From Eledone cirrhosa (taxonomy: Eukaryota), in NCBI GenBank assembly GCA_964016885.1, contig OZ024742.1:129022001-129086000 (forward strand): a DNA stretch of 64,000 bases, written 5' to 3'. Below are positions 25,016 through 40,574 of this stretch, piece by piece; position 1 is the first letter of the stretch; the number at the start of each line of letters is the position of its first letter. A program made the translations under genes and the position numbers. The notes under the pieces are model-generated. The model saw only the letters and a list, made by a program, of their open reading frames with translations, did no database searches and was not told the origin of the DNA.

Positions 25016-26734
25016 CCAATGTAAGGCACACTGCATTAGCTGGCATATCTCTTTCTCTCACACACACAAAATGAAAAAAAACAACACGTGTTTGTGTATG
25101 TGAGTATGTGTATGTGTAAGCACACATAATAATTACAACACATAATAGGATTTTAACTCATGACAAGTGAATTTTCAAGCCCATTCATTTTGATTAAAGT
25201 AGTCTGATAGCTTTATGGCTACAGTCACACGTTTCTATTGCTGGCAGATTCAATTACTTTAATTACAACAAACAATACTTTTAGTTGGACATTAAATGTG
25301 TTCAACAAAAGGAAGTTCTATTGAATAAAATATACTAGAACCTAGACAGGCATCACTGAGTATAGATATAAAAACATAGAAGTAGACACTGGATTGTCTC
25401 TTACTAATAATATTGTCATGAGATCAAGCTTTTGCTATTACTATTGTGTTGGATGTTGTCCCCCTTGAACATATGACACCCTCTCAGTCTGTTTTACCGA
25501 AGACTGAATAAGTGTCATTCCCACACTCTGTTTGCTGCCATTGCTGCTGTTGTAATATAAATTAACATTTCTGTCTGGAATATAAATATTTGTTTCCATT
25601 ATCACATACACCGTAACAATAATGGACATACATACAACATTTGAATATAACTCAACTGTCGAATCGCTTCATTTGGAAAGTGGAGTAAAGTAAATTATAA
25701 AGTGCCAACTTTTTTTTTTTTTTTTTTTGCAATACTGGACTTACAGTTTTCCAGGATCTAAAGACTCATTTTTTTAGGAAGATGCAGGTGATTTACCTCC
25801 TCATGAAATTGACAAGTAAATGAGTGAACATTCCACACATGTGTGCACCTTTAACGTATTTCTCAGTTGGAATCAGTGTGATAAATTGTGTCAAGCTGAC
25901 CCTTTGAATTACATTTTTGCACACTTCAATTTCCCACCTTTTTTCTTCACATACATGCAAACACGACGTCCATGCCTACACTAACCAAATCCTTGCCCTT
26001 CACACACCCACAGGTGTCACCACATCACCGCCGCAAACCCATCCCCCACCCACTTTCAAGATGCCAATCAGTGTCTCAGCTCGAACGACAACATGTCAAC
26101 ACCTACACTGCTGAAGAGTGCACCAATCCCTGATTGCCTGCCCTAACCCCCACCCTCACAGGGAGCTACATGCGGCACATGCGCCACCATCAACAGGTGG
26201 GAGAGAGGCCGCAACTATTCAGCATATGACAGTTTCCATCACCTCCCTTGTGTCAGCCTGGCACGTCGAGCCTCAAACAGGCTCTCGCTGTAGGGATGCA
26301 GCAGCTGCCTCTTTTCCTCACCTGCACAGCTGCAGTCCCCCACCACACCCCCAGATGATGAAGCATGCTTGTCTGATGCCCAAACCTCACTAGCCAACAA
26401 CGTTCAGCTCAGACGACTTTGCAAGATCCCTCCCACTTAAGATCCCGAAAACTGCCCTGATGTCAGTGGCAGATGCCCTTGCGGCCTCCATCTGCAATCC
26501 CCTGGACACCAATCAACACAGCGATTATTTTATTTCGCTCCACTCACCCACAGTCTCCCCAAATCTGGTGTCAATCGAGGTGGCTTGTTGATAGCAGCTC
26601 TAGTGAAGGCCGACATCTCGACCTTTGGGCAGATGTCCATAACCAGCGAGTCTGAGCAGAGTTGGCATGATTTGAACTCATAATGTGGCAAAGTATTTTT
26701 CCTGATGCTCTAATGATATGATTCTGTTAATCAA

Positions 26735-27757
26735 CAATAATAGTGATTTCTACTATAGGCCAGCAAGTTGGGAAGAGGGGAAAGTCGATTAAATCGACTC
26801 TAATGCATTACTGGAGCTTTATTTTATAGTAAGGATGAAAGGCAAAGCTAACCTCGGCGGGATTTGAACTCAGAACGTAAAGGGCCGTAACTCAATGCCA
26901 CACAGAACGCTTTCCGATCCTCAAATGGCTCAACCAATCCACTGTGATAATAATAATTGTTTATACTTTTGGTACAAGGCCAGCAATTATCCCAGTGTAT
27001 TACTGGTACTTTATTTTATCGACCCCGTAAGGATGAAAGGCAAAGTTAACCTCGGCGGGATTTGAACTCAGACGATAAAGGGTCGTAACTCTTTGCTGCA
27101 AAGCATGGCGTCTGACCCTCTACTCATACTGCCAATCCACTGCCATAATAATAATAATTTCTTTTAATGGTCACAAGAGCCCCAAACATTGGGGGAGATT
27201 ATAAGGATAAAAAAACACAGAATGGGGTTTACATTGACTAAAGGACAGAACATCATTAAAGAAAAAAATAGAAGGTATAAAAATAATAGGAATTTAAAAA
27301 AATACCTATAGCAGAACACAATAATGAATGTCACCTAAGACCAGTTTTCTGATAGAGGAAGAGGGACTGCACTTTGGGGGTAATTAGAGGGAGAACCCCC
27401 TCACAGATATGAAAGTGTCATCTCCTTTCTTTCCTTCTGCTTAGAAAAGCACAATCAGAGTAAGCCTTATGAGCCTCATCAATCTCGCCATTCTCACCCA
27501 TCTTTCATAGAACACATTTAAAGTTAGCACCTCCCTTCATAATTGTTTCTACTTTTGGCACAAAGCCAGCAATTTGAAGGTTGATTAAAGCAATCCCAGT
27601 GCATTACTGGTATTTTATTTTATCAACGACTTAAGGATGATAGGTTAAGCCTACCTTGGTAGGATTTGAACTTAAAATGTAAAGGGACATAACTCTGCTG
27701 CAAAGCATATTGTCCGAAGCTCAACTGACTCCACCAATCCACCACCCTTAATAATAA
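26735..27757 (-). mobile_element. Cluster of three same-orientation SINE copies (~26735-26945, 26946-27145, 27540-27750)
   Basis: Each has the reverse complement of the head (GGATTTGAACT..CCAATCCAC) and core (AAGGATGAAAGGCAAAG or variant). Confidence 0.85.
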
Positions 27758-28801
27758 CTGCAAGAAAAACAATTTCTTTTTAACTAGAAACAAGGGGTTC
27801 TATAACTTGAAGTGTGGGATGTTGTGTCAATCATTCTTTCCCCAAGGGCATTTAAACAGCAAAAGTGAAGCAAACTTGCCTTTCATTTAAAAGAAGCCCA
27901 ACAACAATATCAAATAACATTCAGGTTAATAATCACTGAGATGCCTGTTTATATAGTAGTTGTTAAATATTTTTTACAGCTGAATTATATATATATATGT
28001 CCTAGTGGGAGATGTACCATGAATATATATATATGTCTGTATGTATGTATATGTCCTATAGAGAGATTAACGTGTTCTCAAGACAAACCAACATAGACCC
28101 CCCATCCCCCCAAAAAACAGATATCGCTCACATGCACCATAAACACAACACACACATGCAAACACTCTTTCTCACACACACAACCAACATACTAGAAATA
28201 TTACACACACATCCAACACATAAAAAGTAGTACACATACACACAGCATACAAAGTGTGTTAAATACACACACAGCCAACATACAAAAATCATTACATACA
28301 CACACAGTTAATCTACAAAAAGAATTACATGCACACCCGTACAAACATGCATGCACAATTGGTATACAGAAGATAATACACATACATATATTCTATCAGC
28401 ATATACATTGTGTTAACATATATACATGAAGTAATACATAACATAGACTGTGTCAATATACTAGAACTATCATCACACACTATATCAACATATGAAATAC
28501 ATCACACACACAAATATATAGTGTCAACATAATAAATGATACCAAATCTCCAGAGCCAACAGTCATCAACTTGCAACAACTTGATACCAACCATCCTGAA
28601 ACAGGCCTGGTTTTATGATACAGAAATGCTCATACTTATATTAATTCCTTGTGTCATAATTTAATTTAAAAAAATTGTTTCAGTATTGTTTCAAGCATCA
28701 GCTTACTAAATGAAAATATTAGTTATCTGACTAAATTCTTTAAATTTTCAAAATTAATTGATACAAACAAAGCAATGTATTTTGTTAGAAATATGATAAG
28801 T

Positions 28802-29500
28802 AGGTTAAGTTGAATACCACCAGCATCAATGTCAGTTGTGGAGGACCAGTGAAGACCTGAGGTTAAGCTGAATACCACCAGCATCAATGTCAGTTGTGGA
28901 GGACCAGTGAAGACCTGAGGTTAAGCTGAATACCACCAGCATCAATGTCAGTTGTGGAGGACCAGTGAAGACCTGAGGTTAAGCTGAATACCACCAGCAT
29001 CAATGTCAGTTGTGGAGGACTAGTGAAGACCTGAGGTTAAGCTGAATACCACCAGCATCAATGTCAGTTGTGGAGGACTAGTGAAGACCTGAGGTTAAGC
29101 TGAATACCACCAGCATCAATGTCAGTTGTGGAGGACTAGTGAAGACCTGAGGTTAAGCTGAATACCACCAGCATCAATGTCAGTTGTGGAGGACTAGTGA
29201 AGACCTGAGGTTAAGCTGAATACCACCAGCATCAATGTCAGTTGTGGAGGACTAGTGAAGACCTGAGGTTAAGCTGAATACCACCAGCATCAATGTCAGT
29301 TGTGGAGGACTAGTGAAGACCTGAGGTTAAGCTGAATACCACCAGCATCAATGTCAGTTGTGGAGGACTAGTGAAGACCTGAGGTTAAGCTGAATACCAC
29401 CAGCATCAATGTCAGTTGTGGAGGACTAGTGAAGACCTGAGGTTAAGCTGAATACCACCAGCATCAATGTCAGTTGTGGAGGACTAGTGAAGACCTGAGG
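28802..29500. repeat. 58-bp tandem repeat, 12 copies
   Basis: Unit GGTTAAGCTGAATACCACCAGCATCAATGTCAGTTGTGGAGGAC(C/T)AGTGAAGACCTGA, near-perfect. Confidence 0.97.
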
Positions 29501-29660
29501 CACAGCTCTTTTTTCTAGGAGTAACAATCCCACACCAACCCCCAAACAATCAAAAATACACACACGCTAAAGGGCTCTTAACTCCTGATGGGGGTCTTAC
29601 AGGTGCTGCCCTGACACATGTCTAGGACAGTGTCAATCCCTTTCTAGGTTGGAGTACAGT

Positions 29661-29699
<39 letters not shown>

Positions 29700-30187
29700 G
29701 AGGAAGAAGAAAGAACCAGCATCAGTATTAAATTGATACTTTATTTATTGACCTCGAAAGGATGAAAAGCAACATTTGAACTGAGATTACAGTGAGCTGG
29801 AACAAATACAGAGGTACTTTTAATCCGATGCTCTATCGACTCTGTCAATTCACTACCTTACACACAGTTACAAGTGAAATTAATTCCATCTGAAACAATA
29901 TCTCCTCTATTTCAGGCTGACACACACTCAGTACACACCTCATTTATATATATATTTCTAAATTGATTCCCACAAATACAGACAGACCAACACAAGTCTA
30001 CCAATTCTGGTGACTATCCTTATTTACCATGTACCAGAAGTGTGTCACACATACAAGTACACACCCTTGAACACATGGTAGCATTAGTGTACTAATAGAT
30101 ATGTGTGTGCATATGTGTGGAGGGTGTGACACATTCGCAGCACTGCAACAGCAGTAAAAGGTGTGGGAAAATTATGTGTGTGTGTAG

Positions 30188-30254
<67 letters not shown>

Positions 30255-33200
30255 GTGTGTGTGCGTGCGTGTGTGTATATACATATATATGTGTGTGTGT
30301 GTATATATATAAATGTATGTGTGTATATGTATAAATGTATGTGTGTGTGTGTATGTATCGCACCCTCTACATATAAATGTGTGTGTATATATACATAAAT
30401 GTATGTGTGTGTGTATGTATCACACCCTCTATATATAAATGTGTGTGTGTGTGTACATATGATTGATAGTCAGAGGCTGACAGTCTAGGAAGGGAGTGTT
30501 TATTTGCTGAGCAGTAAAAAAACTGGCACCCTCCTTAGAGCTATGGATTATATTATACGATAGTGTGCATGTGCCTCTGTATTGAGTATGTGCATGTGTG
30601 TTTGTGTTTGTGTGTGTGTATGTGTGCATACAGCAAGCTACAGAGCTGGACAAATGATATCATATCTGAATCATCTCATCAGTAAGCAGCCTGTATTGAG
30701 TTATTTGCTGTAGAATATGTGTATATGTGTGTGTATGTATGTGTATATGTGTTTGTGTGTACGCTGTAGATAGATCCTTTTATTATTGATTATTGATTTC
30801 GTCACATTCAAAAAAAAGGGCAGGGAAAAAAAAGAAAACATTTTCCATGCTATTCCCTACCAGGTTCTGACAAAAAACCCAACTCAACCATGTATTGTCC
30901 TAATCAACATGTTGTATAAGGGAGTTAACTCCATTGACACCATCCCACTTGAAACCACATCTGGTTCTGATACAGAGACTGCCAGGTGAGTCATCTATAC
31001 CATGTGACAGTATATATATAATATATTAGAGACTGCCAGGTGAGTCATCTATACCATGTGACAGTATATATATAATATATTAGAGACTGCCAGGTGAGTC
31101 ATCTATGTTATGTGACAGTATATATATAATATATTAGAGACTGCCAGGTGAGTCATCTATACCATGTGACAGTATATATATAATATATTAGAGACTGCCA
31201 GGTGAGTCATCTATGTTATGTGACAGTATATATATAATATATTAGAGACTGCCAGGTGAGTCATCTATACCATGTGACAGTATATATATAATATATTAGA
31301 GACTGACAGGTGAGTCATCTATGTTATGTGACAGTATATATATAATATATTAGAGACTGCCAGGTGAGTCATCTATGTTATGTGACAGTATATATATAAT
31401 ATATTAGAGACAGCCAGGTGAGTCATCTATGTTATGTGACAGTATATATATAATATATTAGAGACTGCCAGGTGAGTCATCTATGTTATGTGACAGTATA
31501 TATATAATATATTAGAGACTGCCAGGTAAGTCATCTATGTTATGTGACAGTATATATATAATATATTAGAGACTGCCAGGTGAGTCATCTATATTATGTG
31601 ACAGTATATATATAATATATTAGAGACTGCCAGGTGAGTCATCTATGTTATGTGACAGTATATATATAATATATTAGAGACTGCCAGGTAAGTCATCTAT
31701 GTTATGTGACAGTATATATATAATATATTAGAGACTGCCAGGTGAGTCATCTATGTTATGTGATAGTATATATATAATATATTAGAGACTGCCAGGTGAG
31801 TCATCTATGTTATGTGACAGTATATATATAATATATTAGAGACTGCCAGGTGAGTCATCTATGTTATGTGACAGTATATATATAATATATTAGAGACTGC
31901 CAGGTGAGTCATCTATGTTATGTGACAGTATATATATAATATATTAGAGACAGCCAGGTGAGTCATCTATGTTATGTGACAGTATATATATAATATATTA
32001 GAGACTGCCAGGTGAGTCATCTATGTTATGTGACAGTATATATATAATATATTAGAGACTGCCAGGTAAGTCATCTATGTTATGTGACAGTATATATATA
32101 ATATATTAGAGACTGCCAGGTGAGTCATCTATATTATGTGACAGTATATATATAATATATTAGAGACTGCCAGGTGAGTCATCTATGTTATGTGACAGTA
32201 TATATATAATATATTAGAGACTGCCAGGTAAGTCATCTATGTTATGTGACAGTATATATATAATATATTAGAGACTGCCAGGTGAGTCATCTATGTTATG
32301 TGACAGTATATATATAATATATTAGAGACTGCCAGGTGAGTCATCTATGTTATGTGACAGTATATATATAATATATTAGAGACTGCCAGGTAAGTCATCT
32401 ATGTTATGTGACAGTATATATATAATATATTAGAGACTGCCAGGTAAGTCATCTATGTTATGTGACAGTATATATATAATATATTAGAGACTGCCAGGTA
32501 AGTCATCTATGTTATGTGACAGTATATATATAATATATTAGAGACTGCCAGGTAAGTCATCTATGTTATGTGACAGTATATATATAATATATTAGAGACT
32601 GCCAGGTGAGTCATCTATGTTATGTGACAGTATATATATAATATATTAGAGACTGCCAGGTGAGTCATCTATGTTATGTGACAGTATATATATAATATAT
32701 TAGAGACTGCCAGGTAAGTCATCTATGTTATGTGACAGTATATATATAATATATTAGAGACTGCCAGGTAAGTCATCTATGTTATGTGACAGTATATATA
32801 TAATATATTAGAGACTGCCAGGTGAGTCATCTATGTTATGTGACTATATATATAATATATTAGAGACTGCCAGGTGAGTCATCTATGTTATGTGACAGTA
32901 TATATATAATATATTAGAGACTGCCAGGTGAGTCATCTATGTTATGTGACAGTATATATATAATATATTAGAGACTGCCAGGTAAGTCATCTATGTTATG
33001 TGACAGTATATATATAATATATTAGAGACTGCCAGGTGAGTCATCTATGTTATGTGACTATATATATAATATATTAGAGACTGCCAGGTGAGTCATCTAT
33101 GTTATGTGACAGTATATATATAATATATTAGAGACTGCCAGGTAAGTCATCTATGTTATGTGACAGTATATATATAATATATTAGAGACTGACAGGTAAG

Positions 33201-36200
33201 TCATCTATGTTATGTGACTATATATATAATATATTAGAGACTGCCAGGTGAGTCATCTATGTTATGTGACAGTATATATATAATATATTAGAGACTGCCA
33301 GGTGAGTCATCTATGTTATGTGACTATATATATAATATATTAGAGACTGCCAGGTAAGTCATCTATATTATGTGACAGTATATATATAATATATTAGAGA
33401 CTGCCAGGTGAGTCATCTATACCATGTGACAGTATATATATAATATATTAGAGACTGCCAGGTGAGTCATCTATGTTATGTGACAGTATATATATAATAT
33501 ATTAGAGACTGCCAGGTGAGTCATCTATGTTATGTGACAGTATATATATAATATATTAGAGACTGCCAGGTGAGTCATCTATGTTATGTGACAGTATATA
33601 TATATATTAGAGACTGCCAGGTAAGTCATCTATGTTATGTGACAGTATATATATAATATATTAGAGACTGCCAGGTGAGTCATCTATGTTATGTGACAGT
33701 ATATATATAATATATTAGAGACTGCCAGGTAAGTCATCTATATTATGTGACAGTATATATATAATATATTAGAGACTGCCAGGTAAGTCATCTATGTTAT
33801 GTGACAGTATATATATAATATATTAGAGACTGCCAGGTGAGTCATCTATGTTATGTGACAGTATATATATAATATATTAGAGACTGCCAGGTGAGTCATC
33901 TATGTTATGTGACAGTATATATATATATTAGAGACTGCCAGGTGAGTCATCTATGTTATGTGACAGTATATATATAATATATTAGAGACTGACAGGTGAG
34001 TCATCTATGTTATGTGACAGTATATATATAATATATTAGAGACTGCCAGGTGAGTCATCTATGTTATGTGACAGTATATATATAATATATTAGAGACTGC
34101 CAGGTGAGTCATCTATGTTATGTGACAGTATATATATAATATATTAGAGACTGCCAGGTGAGTCATCTATGTTATGTGACTATATATATAATATATTAGA
34201 GACTGCCAGGTGAGTCATCTATGTTATGTGACAGTATATATATATATTAGAGACTGCCAGGTAAGTCATCTATGTTATGTGACAGTATATATATAATATA
34301 TTAGAGACTGCCAGGTGAGTCATCTATGTTATGTGACAGTATATATATAATATATTAGAGACTGCCAGGTGAGTCATCTATGTTATGTGACTATATATAT
34401 AATATATTAGAGACTGCCAGGTGAGTCATCTATGTTATGTGACAGTATATATATATATTAGAGACTGCCAGGTAAGTCATCTATGTTATGTGACAGTATA
34501 TATATAATATATTAGAGACTGCCAGGTAAGTCATCTATGTTATGTGACTATATATATAATATATTAGAGACTGCCAGGTGAGTCATCTATGTTATGTGAC
34601 AGTATATATATATATTAGAGACTGCCAGGTAAGTCATCTATGTTATGTGACTATATATATAATATATTAGAGACTGCCAGGTAAGTCATCTATGTTATGT
34701 GACAGTATATATATAATATATTAGAGACTGCCAGGTGAGTCATCTATGTTATGTGACAGTATATATATAATATATTAGAGACTGCCAGGTGAGTCATCTA
34801 TGTTATGTGACAGTATATATATAATATATTAGAGACTGCCAGGTAAGTCATCTATGTTATGTGACTATATATATAATATATTAGAGACTGCCAGGTGAGT
34901 CATCTATGTTATGTGACAGTATATATATAATATATTAGAGACTGCCAGGTGAGTCATCTATATTATGTGACAGTATATATATAATATATTAGAGACTGCC
35001 AGGTGAGTCATCTATGTTATGTGACAGTATATATATAATATATTAGAGACTGCCAGGTAAGTCATCTATGTTATGTGACTATATATATAATATATTAGAG
35101 ACTGCCAGGTGAGTCATCTATGTTATGTGACAGTATATATATAATATATTAGAAACTGCCAGGTAAGTCATCTATGTTATGTGACAGTATATATATAATA
35201 TATTAGAGACTGCCAGGTAAGTCATCTATGTTATGTGACAGTATATATATAATATATTAGAGACTGCCAGGCAAGTCATCTATGTTATGTGACTATATAT
35301 ATAATATATTAGAGACTGCCAGGTAAGTCATCTATGTTATGTGACAGTATATATATAATATATTAGAGACTGCCAGGTGAGTCATCTATGTTATGTGACA
35401 GTATATATAATATATTAGAGACTGCTAGGTGAGTCATCTATGTTATGTGACAGTATATATATAATATATTAGAGACTGCCAGGTAAGTCATCTATGTTAT
35501 GTGACAGTATATATATAATATATTAGAGACTGCCAGGTGAGTCATCTATGTTCTGTGACAGTATATATAATATATTAGAGACTGCCAGGTGAGTCATCTA
35601 TGTTATGTGACAGTATATATAATATATTAGAGACTGCCAGGTGAGTCATCTATGTTATGTGACTATATATATAATATATTAGAGACTGCCAGGTGAGTCA
35701 TCTATGTTATGTGACTATATATATAATATATTAGAGACTGCCAGGTGAGTCATCTATGTTATGTGACTATATATATAATATATAAGAGACTGCCAGGTAA
35801 GTCATCTATGTTATGTGACAGTATATATATAATATATTAGAGACTGCCAGGTAAGTCATCTATGTTATGTGACAGTATATATATAATATATTAGAGACTG
35901 ACAGGTGAGTCATCTATGTTATGTGACTATATATATAATATATTAGAGACTGCCAGGTGAGTCATCTATGTTATGTGACAGTATATATATAATATATTAG
36001 AGACTGCCAGGTAAGTCATCTATGTTATGTGACAGTATATATAATATATTAGAGACTGCCAGGTAAGTCATCTATGTTATGTGACAGTATATATATAATA
36101 TATTAGAGACTGCCAGGTAAGTCATCTATGTTATGTGACTATATATATATAATATATTAGAGACTGCCAGGTAAGTCATCTATGTTATGTGACAGTATAT

Positions 36201-36534
36201 ATATAATATATTAGAGACTGCCAGGTAAGTCATCTATGTTATGTGACAGTATATATATAATATATTAGAGACTGCCAGGTAAGTCATCTATGTTATGTGA
36301 CAGTATATATATAATATATTAGAGACTGCCAGGTAAGTCATCTATGTTATGTGACAGTATATATATAATATATTAGAGACTGCCAGGTAAGTCATCTATG
36401 TTATGTGACAGTATATATATAATATATTAGAGACTGCCAGGTAAGTCATCTATGTTATGTGACAGTATATATGTAATATATTAGAGACTGACAGGTAAGT
36501 CAGCTATATTATGTGACAGTATATATATAATATA

Positions 36535-37463
36535 CTAGCAGTAAAGCCCGGCGTTGCTCGGGGTCGCTCAGTAGCTGTGTTAAAGTTACAATGTTAAGTT
36601 TCTTTCTTGGCTTAAAAACTGTAGTGTCTACTGTGCAGACTTGCATGTGGTGTTTTTGATTAATATTCCCTCAACCAACAATATGCCTTATGAAGTTAAG
36701 AAAACATAACGATAACCCGAATGTTATAACAAAAGAGGATGCTGGGGATAGAAACTGCACTGGTTATTTATTAACAAAGATCGAAAATGTAAACACTGCA
36801 ACGCAGAGAAAAACATTAGCGTAACCAAATTATCAGTTATGTCTGTCTGCACGCCTATATCACCTCTGCACGACTGTCTGTCTGCACGCCTATATCACCT
36901 CTCTGCACGACTGTCTGTCTGCACGCCTATATCACCTCTCTGCACGACTGTCTCTCTGCACGCGTATATCACCTCTCTGCACGACTGTCTGTCTGCACGC
37001 CTAACGACGAAATATTTGCTTGTTTTACGTAGTCTTTAAATAGACTTGTTTTCAAGTAAAAATATTGTTTTAAAATGCTTTTAAATGGAAATGAAGCAAA
37101 ACGGAAGCTTAGTGTTCGAACTGATGAATTTTGCAGGTCAATATTTTGCTGGCTCGACAACTGTTCGTGTATTGTGTTAATGTCATTTTAAACGCTGAGA
37201 AAGCCAGCGTAATTTTTTACGTAAGACGCTCAATGTAAACAGAACAAAGGGAAATAACTGATAACTTACGCTCAAAAATCGATACATTATATTCGATTTC
37301 GTCACATGGGGTGGGTCAATTTGAAATATTTTTTTCCGATGTCTTCGCTAGGGCTCAATGTACAAGTATAGCAATTTCGGTGCAATTCCGTCAGAGATTC
37401 TAAGAGGAGATGTGTGCCAAAAATCGATAGACAGACAGACAACCACAGCTTTATATATATAGA
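36535..37463 (-). mobile_element. Non-autonomous Helitron, copy 1 (929 bp)
   Basis: Minus strand starts A|TCTATATATATAAAGC with a (TGTC)n tract and ends with GC hairpin CCCG-AGCAACGC-CGGG then CTAG|T. Inserted at AT with no TSD; removing it restores an intact monomer (AATATA|TTAGAGAC). Internal ~37-bp subrepeats at 36840-37000. Confidence 0.9.
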
Positions 37464-39645
37464 TTAGAGACTGCCAGGTGAGTCATCTATGTTATGTGAC
37501 AGTATATATATAATATATTAGAGACTGCCAGGTGAGTCATCTATGTTATGTGACAGTATATATATATATTAGAGACTGCCAGGTAAGTCATCTATGTTAT
37601 GTGACAGTATATATATAATATATTAGAGACTGCCAGGTAAGTCATCTATGTTATGTGACTATATATATAATATATTAGAGACTGCCAGGTGAGTCATCTA
37701 TGTTATGTGACAGTATATATATATATTAGAGACTGCCAGGTAAGTCATCTATGTTATGTGACTATATATATAATATATTAGAGACTGCCAGGTAAGTCAT
37801 CTATGTTATGTGACAGTATATATATAATATATTAGAGACTGCCAGGTGAGTCATCTATGTTATGTGACAGTATATATATAATATATTAGAGACTGCCAGG
37901 TGAGTCATCTATGTTATGTGACAGTATATATATAATATATTAGAGACTGCCAGGTAAGTCATCTATGTTATGTGACTATATATATAATATATTAGAGACT
38001 GCCAGGTGAGTCATCTATGTTATGTGACAGTATATATATAATATATTAGAGACTGCCAGGTGAGTCATCTATATTATGTGACAGTATATATATAATATAT
38101 TAGAGACTGCCAGGTGAGTCATCTATGTTATGTGACAGTATATATATAATATATTAGAGACTGCCAGGTAAGTCATCTATGTTATGTGACTATATATATA
38201 ATATATTAGAGACTGCCAGGTGAGTCATCTATGTTATGTGACAGTATATATATAATATATTAGAAACTGCCAGGTAAGTCATCTATGTTATGTGACAGTA
38301 TATATATAATATATTAGAGACTGCCAGGTAAGTCATCTATGTTATGTGACAGTATATATATAATATATTAGAGACTGCCAGGCAAGTCATCTATGTTATG
38401 TGACTATATATATAATATATTAGAGACTGCCAGGTAAGTCATCTATGTTATGTGACAGTATATATATAATATATTAGAGACTGCCAGGTGAGTCATCTAT
38501 GTTATGTGACAGTATATATAATATATTAGAGACTGCTAGGTGAGTCATCTATGTTATGTGACAGTATATATATAATATATTAGAGACTGCCAGGTAAGTC
38601 ATCTATGTTATGTGACAGTATATATATAATATATTAGAGACTGCCAGGTGAGTCATCTATGTTCTGTGACAGTATATATAATATATTAGAGACTGCCAGG
38701 TGAGTCATCTATGTTATGTGACAGTATATATAATATATTAGAGACTGCCAGGTGAGTCATCTATGTTATGTGACTATATATATAATATATTAGAGACTGC
38801 CAGGTGAGTCATCTATGTTATGTGACTATATATATAATATATTAGAGACTGCCAGGTGAGTCATCTATGTTATGTGACTATATATATAATATATAAGAGA
38901 CTGCCAGGTAAGTCATCTATGTTATGTGACAGTATATATATAATATATTAGAGACTGCCAGGTAAGTCATCTATGTTATGTGACAGTATATATATAATAT
39001 ATTAGAGACTGACAGGTGAGTCATCTATGTTATGTGACTATATATATAATATATTAGAGACTGCCAGGTGAGTCATCTATGTTATGTGACAGTATATATA
39101 TAATATATTAGAGACTGCCAGGTAAGTCATCTATGTTATGTGACAGTATATATAATATATTAGAGACTGCCAGGTAAGTCATCTATGTTATGTGACAGTA
39201 TATATATAATATATTAGAGACTGCCAGGTAAGTCATCTATGTTATGTGACTATATATATATAATATATTAGAGACTGCCAGGTAAGTCATCTATGTTATG
39301 TGACAGTATATATATAATATATTAGAGACTGCCAGGTAAGTCATCTATGTTATGTGACAGTATATATATAATATATTAGAGACTGCCAGGTAAGTCATCT
39401 ATGTTATGTGACAGTATATATATAATATATTAGAGACTGCCAGGTAAGTCATCTATGTTATGTGACAGTATATATATAATATATTAGAGACTGCCAGGTA
39501 AGTCATCTATGTTATGTGACAGTATATATATAATATATTAGAGACTGCCAGGTAAGTCATCTATGTTATGTGACAGTATATATGTAATATATTAGAGACT
39601 GACAGGTAAGTCAGCTATATTATGTGACAGTATATATATAATATA

Positions 39646-40574
39646 CTAGCAGTAAAGCCCGGCGTTGCTCGGGGTCGCTCAGTAGCTGTGTTAAAGTTAC
39701 AATGTTAAGTTTCTTTCTTGGCTTAAAAACTGTAGTGTCTACTGTGCAGACTTGCATGTGGTGTTTTTGATTAATATTCCCTCAACCAACAATATGCCTT
39801 ATGAAGTTAAGAAAACATAACGATAACCCGAATGTTATAACAAAAGAGGATGCTGGGGATAGAAACTGCACTGGTTATTTATTAACAAAGATCGAAAATG
39901 TAAACACTGCAACGCAGAGAAAAACATTAGCGTAACCAAATTATCAGTTATGTCTGTCTGCACGCCTATATCACCTCTGCACGACTGTCTGTCTGCACGC
40001 CTATATCACCTCTCTGCACGACTGTCTGTCTGCACGCCTATATCACCTCTCTGCACGACTGTCTCTCTGCACGCGTATATCACCTCTCTGCACGACTGTC
40101 TGTCTGCACGCCTAACGACGAAATATTTGCTTGTTTTACGTAGTCTTTAAATAGACTTGTTTTCAAGTAAAAATATTGTTTTAAAATGCTTTTAAATGGA
40201 AATGAAGCAAAACGGAAGCTTAGTGTTCGAACTGATGAATTTTGCAGGTCAATATTTTGCTGGCTCGACAACTGTTCGTGTATTGTGTTAATGTCATTTT
40301 AAACGCTGAGAAAGCCAGCGTAATTTTTTACGTAAGACGCTCAATGTAAACAGAACAAAGGGAAATAACTGATAACTTACGCTCAAAAATCGATACATTA
40401 TATTCGATTTCGTCACATGGGGTGGGTCAATTTGAAATATTTTTTTCCGATGTCTTCGCTAGGGCTCAATGTACAAGTATAGCAATTTCGGTGCAATTCC
40501 GTCAGAGATTCTAAGAGGAGATGTGTGCCAAAAATCGATAGACAGACAGACAACCACAGCTTTATATATATAGA
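39646..40574 (-). mobile_element. Non-autonomous Helitron, copy 2 (apparently identical to copy 1)
   Basis: Same termini and same insertion position in the monomer, offset 3111 bp; ORF-track peptides are identical at both copies. Confidence 0.9.

Noticed and set aside
24513-25074. Repetitive ORFs (QVPYQ/PGTIS) as a protein gene
   Set aside because: They are translations of a 25-bp tandem repeat, open in several frames and on both strands.
25515-25574. Possible alternative exon 3 (minus strand, TTCCAG|TEMLIYITTAAMAANRVWE*)
   Set aside because: Only superficial likeness to TDVFLIC, weak pyrimidine tract, early stop, no further homology.
36839-37160. ORFs in the Helitron copies as a captured gene or RepHel
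   Set aside because: Short, partly derived from the internal 37-bp repeats, with no Rep or helicase motifs.
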